A stretch of DNA of 64,000 bases from Nymphaea colorata. Its lineage: Eukaryota. The notes beneath the pieces are model-generated. The model saw nothing but the letters and a program-made list of their open reading frames with translations, had not been told where the DNA came from and made no database searches. The stretch spans positions 15,500,001 to 15,564,000 of the forward strand of contig NC_045138.2 of the NCBI RefSeq assembly GCF_008831285.2, given 5' to 3'. Position 1 is the first letter of the stretch. Every line of letters begins with the position of its first letter. Position numbers and translations under genes: made by a program. Positions 63,590 through 64,000 of this stretch are shown piece by piece.

Positions 63590-64000
63590 CTGGGAAAACA
63601 AGCCATCCAAATAATAAAAGAACCTTCCAGAGATTGATATCCAATCTTTTTCTCTCAAAAAGACATTCATTTGGCGGTAGAAAATTAAAGCAACAGTTTA
63701 TCAATCAGAAGCTTCAAAAAGACATTTCTCATTGTTGCCAGCCTACAGTTTCCAAACACAACTAACTAGCATCAACAAGAGGCTGAAATGAAATGTAAAC
63801 TGCATCCTTTCGTTGCCTCGCATTGAAGCTTCACATGCATAAATATGACAAGAAGCAGAAACAAAATGACATGAAAAAGTCAAAGCATGATGATCTTGTC
63901 ATTAGGCTTTGTTCTTTGTTATTCCATCATTCCCTTTCAATGGGCCTAGGGGCAGGCAATCGGCAGGAATTCCAGTGGACATCCTGGGCCAAGATTTTTG

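Noticed and set aside
63590..64000. A further upstream LETM1-like exon in the last 400 bp
   Set aside because: No in-phase segment resembling the expected preceding homolog sequence was found; treated as intron, with the 5' exons outside the window.

Overview
Plant (angiosperm) nuclear DNA, mostly AT-rich with GA/TA/GT microsatellites. Five protein-coding genes could be reconstructed by hand with in-phase splice sites. (1) A 4-exon membrane-tethered NAC transcription factor (NTL/TIP type, minus, 9193-4890, ~437 aa). (2) An intronless PLS-E PPR protein resembling At5g37570 (minus, 13171-11543). (3) An intronless GC-rich NGATHA-like B3 repressor with an RLFGV motif (plus, 22909-23697). (4) A 5-exon GC-rich cationic amino-acid transporter of the CAT6/7 type (minus, 43479-40667, ~589 aa). 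(5) Sixteen 3' exons of a plant LETM1-like gene that starts beyond the right edge (minus, 63589-52240) and appears to need a GC-AG intron. Non-coding structure includes a diverged ~2-kb tandem duplication at the left edge, a solo LTR nested in an hAT-type element (both with perfect TSDs) inside an intron, several MITEs and a tRNA/SINE-like remnant. There is also a ~118-bp tandem array and an unexplained repeat block carrying three copies of a covarying hairpin (28754-29430), which is the best candidate for something undescribed. No rRNA, intact tRNA, CRISPR array or convincing known miRNA was found. Family and orthology calls come from recalled sequences, not from database searches.
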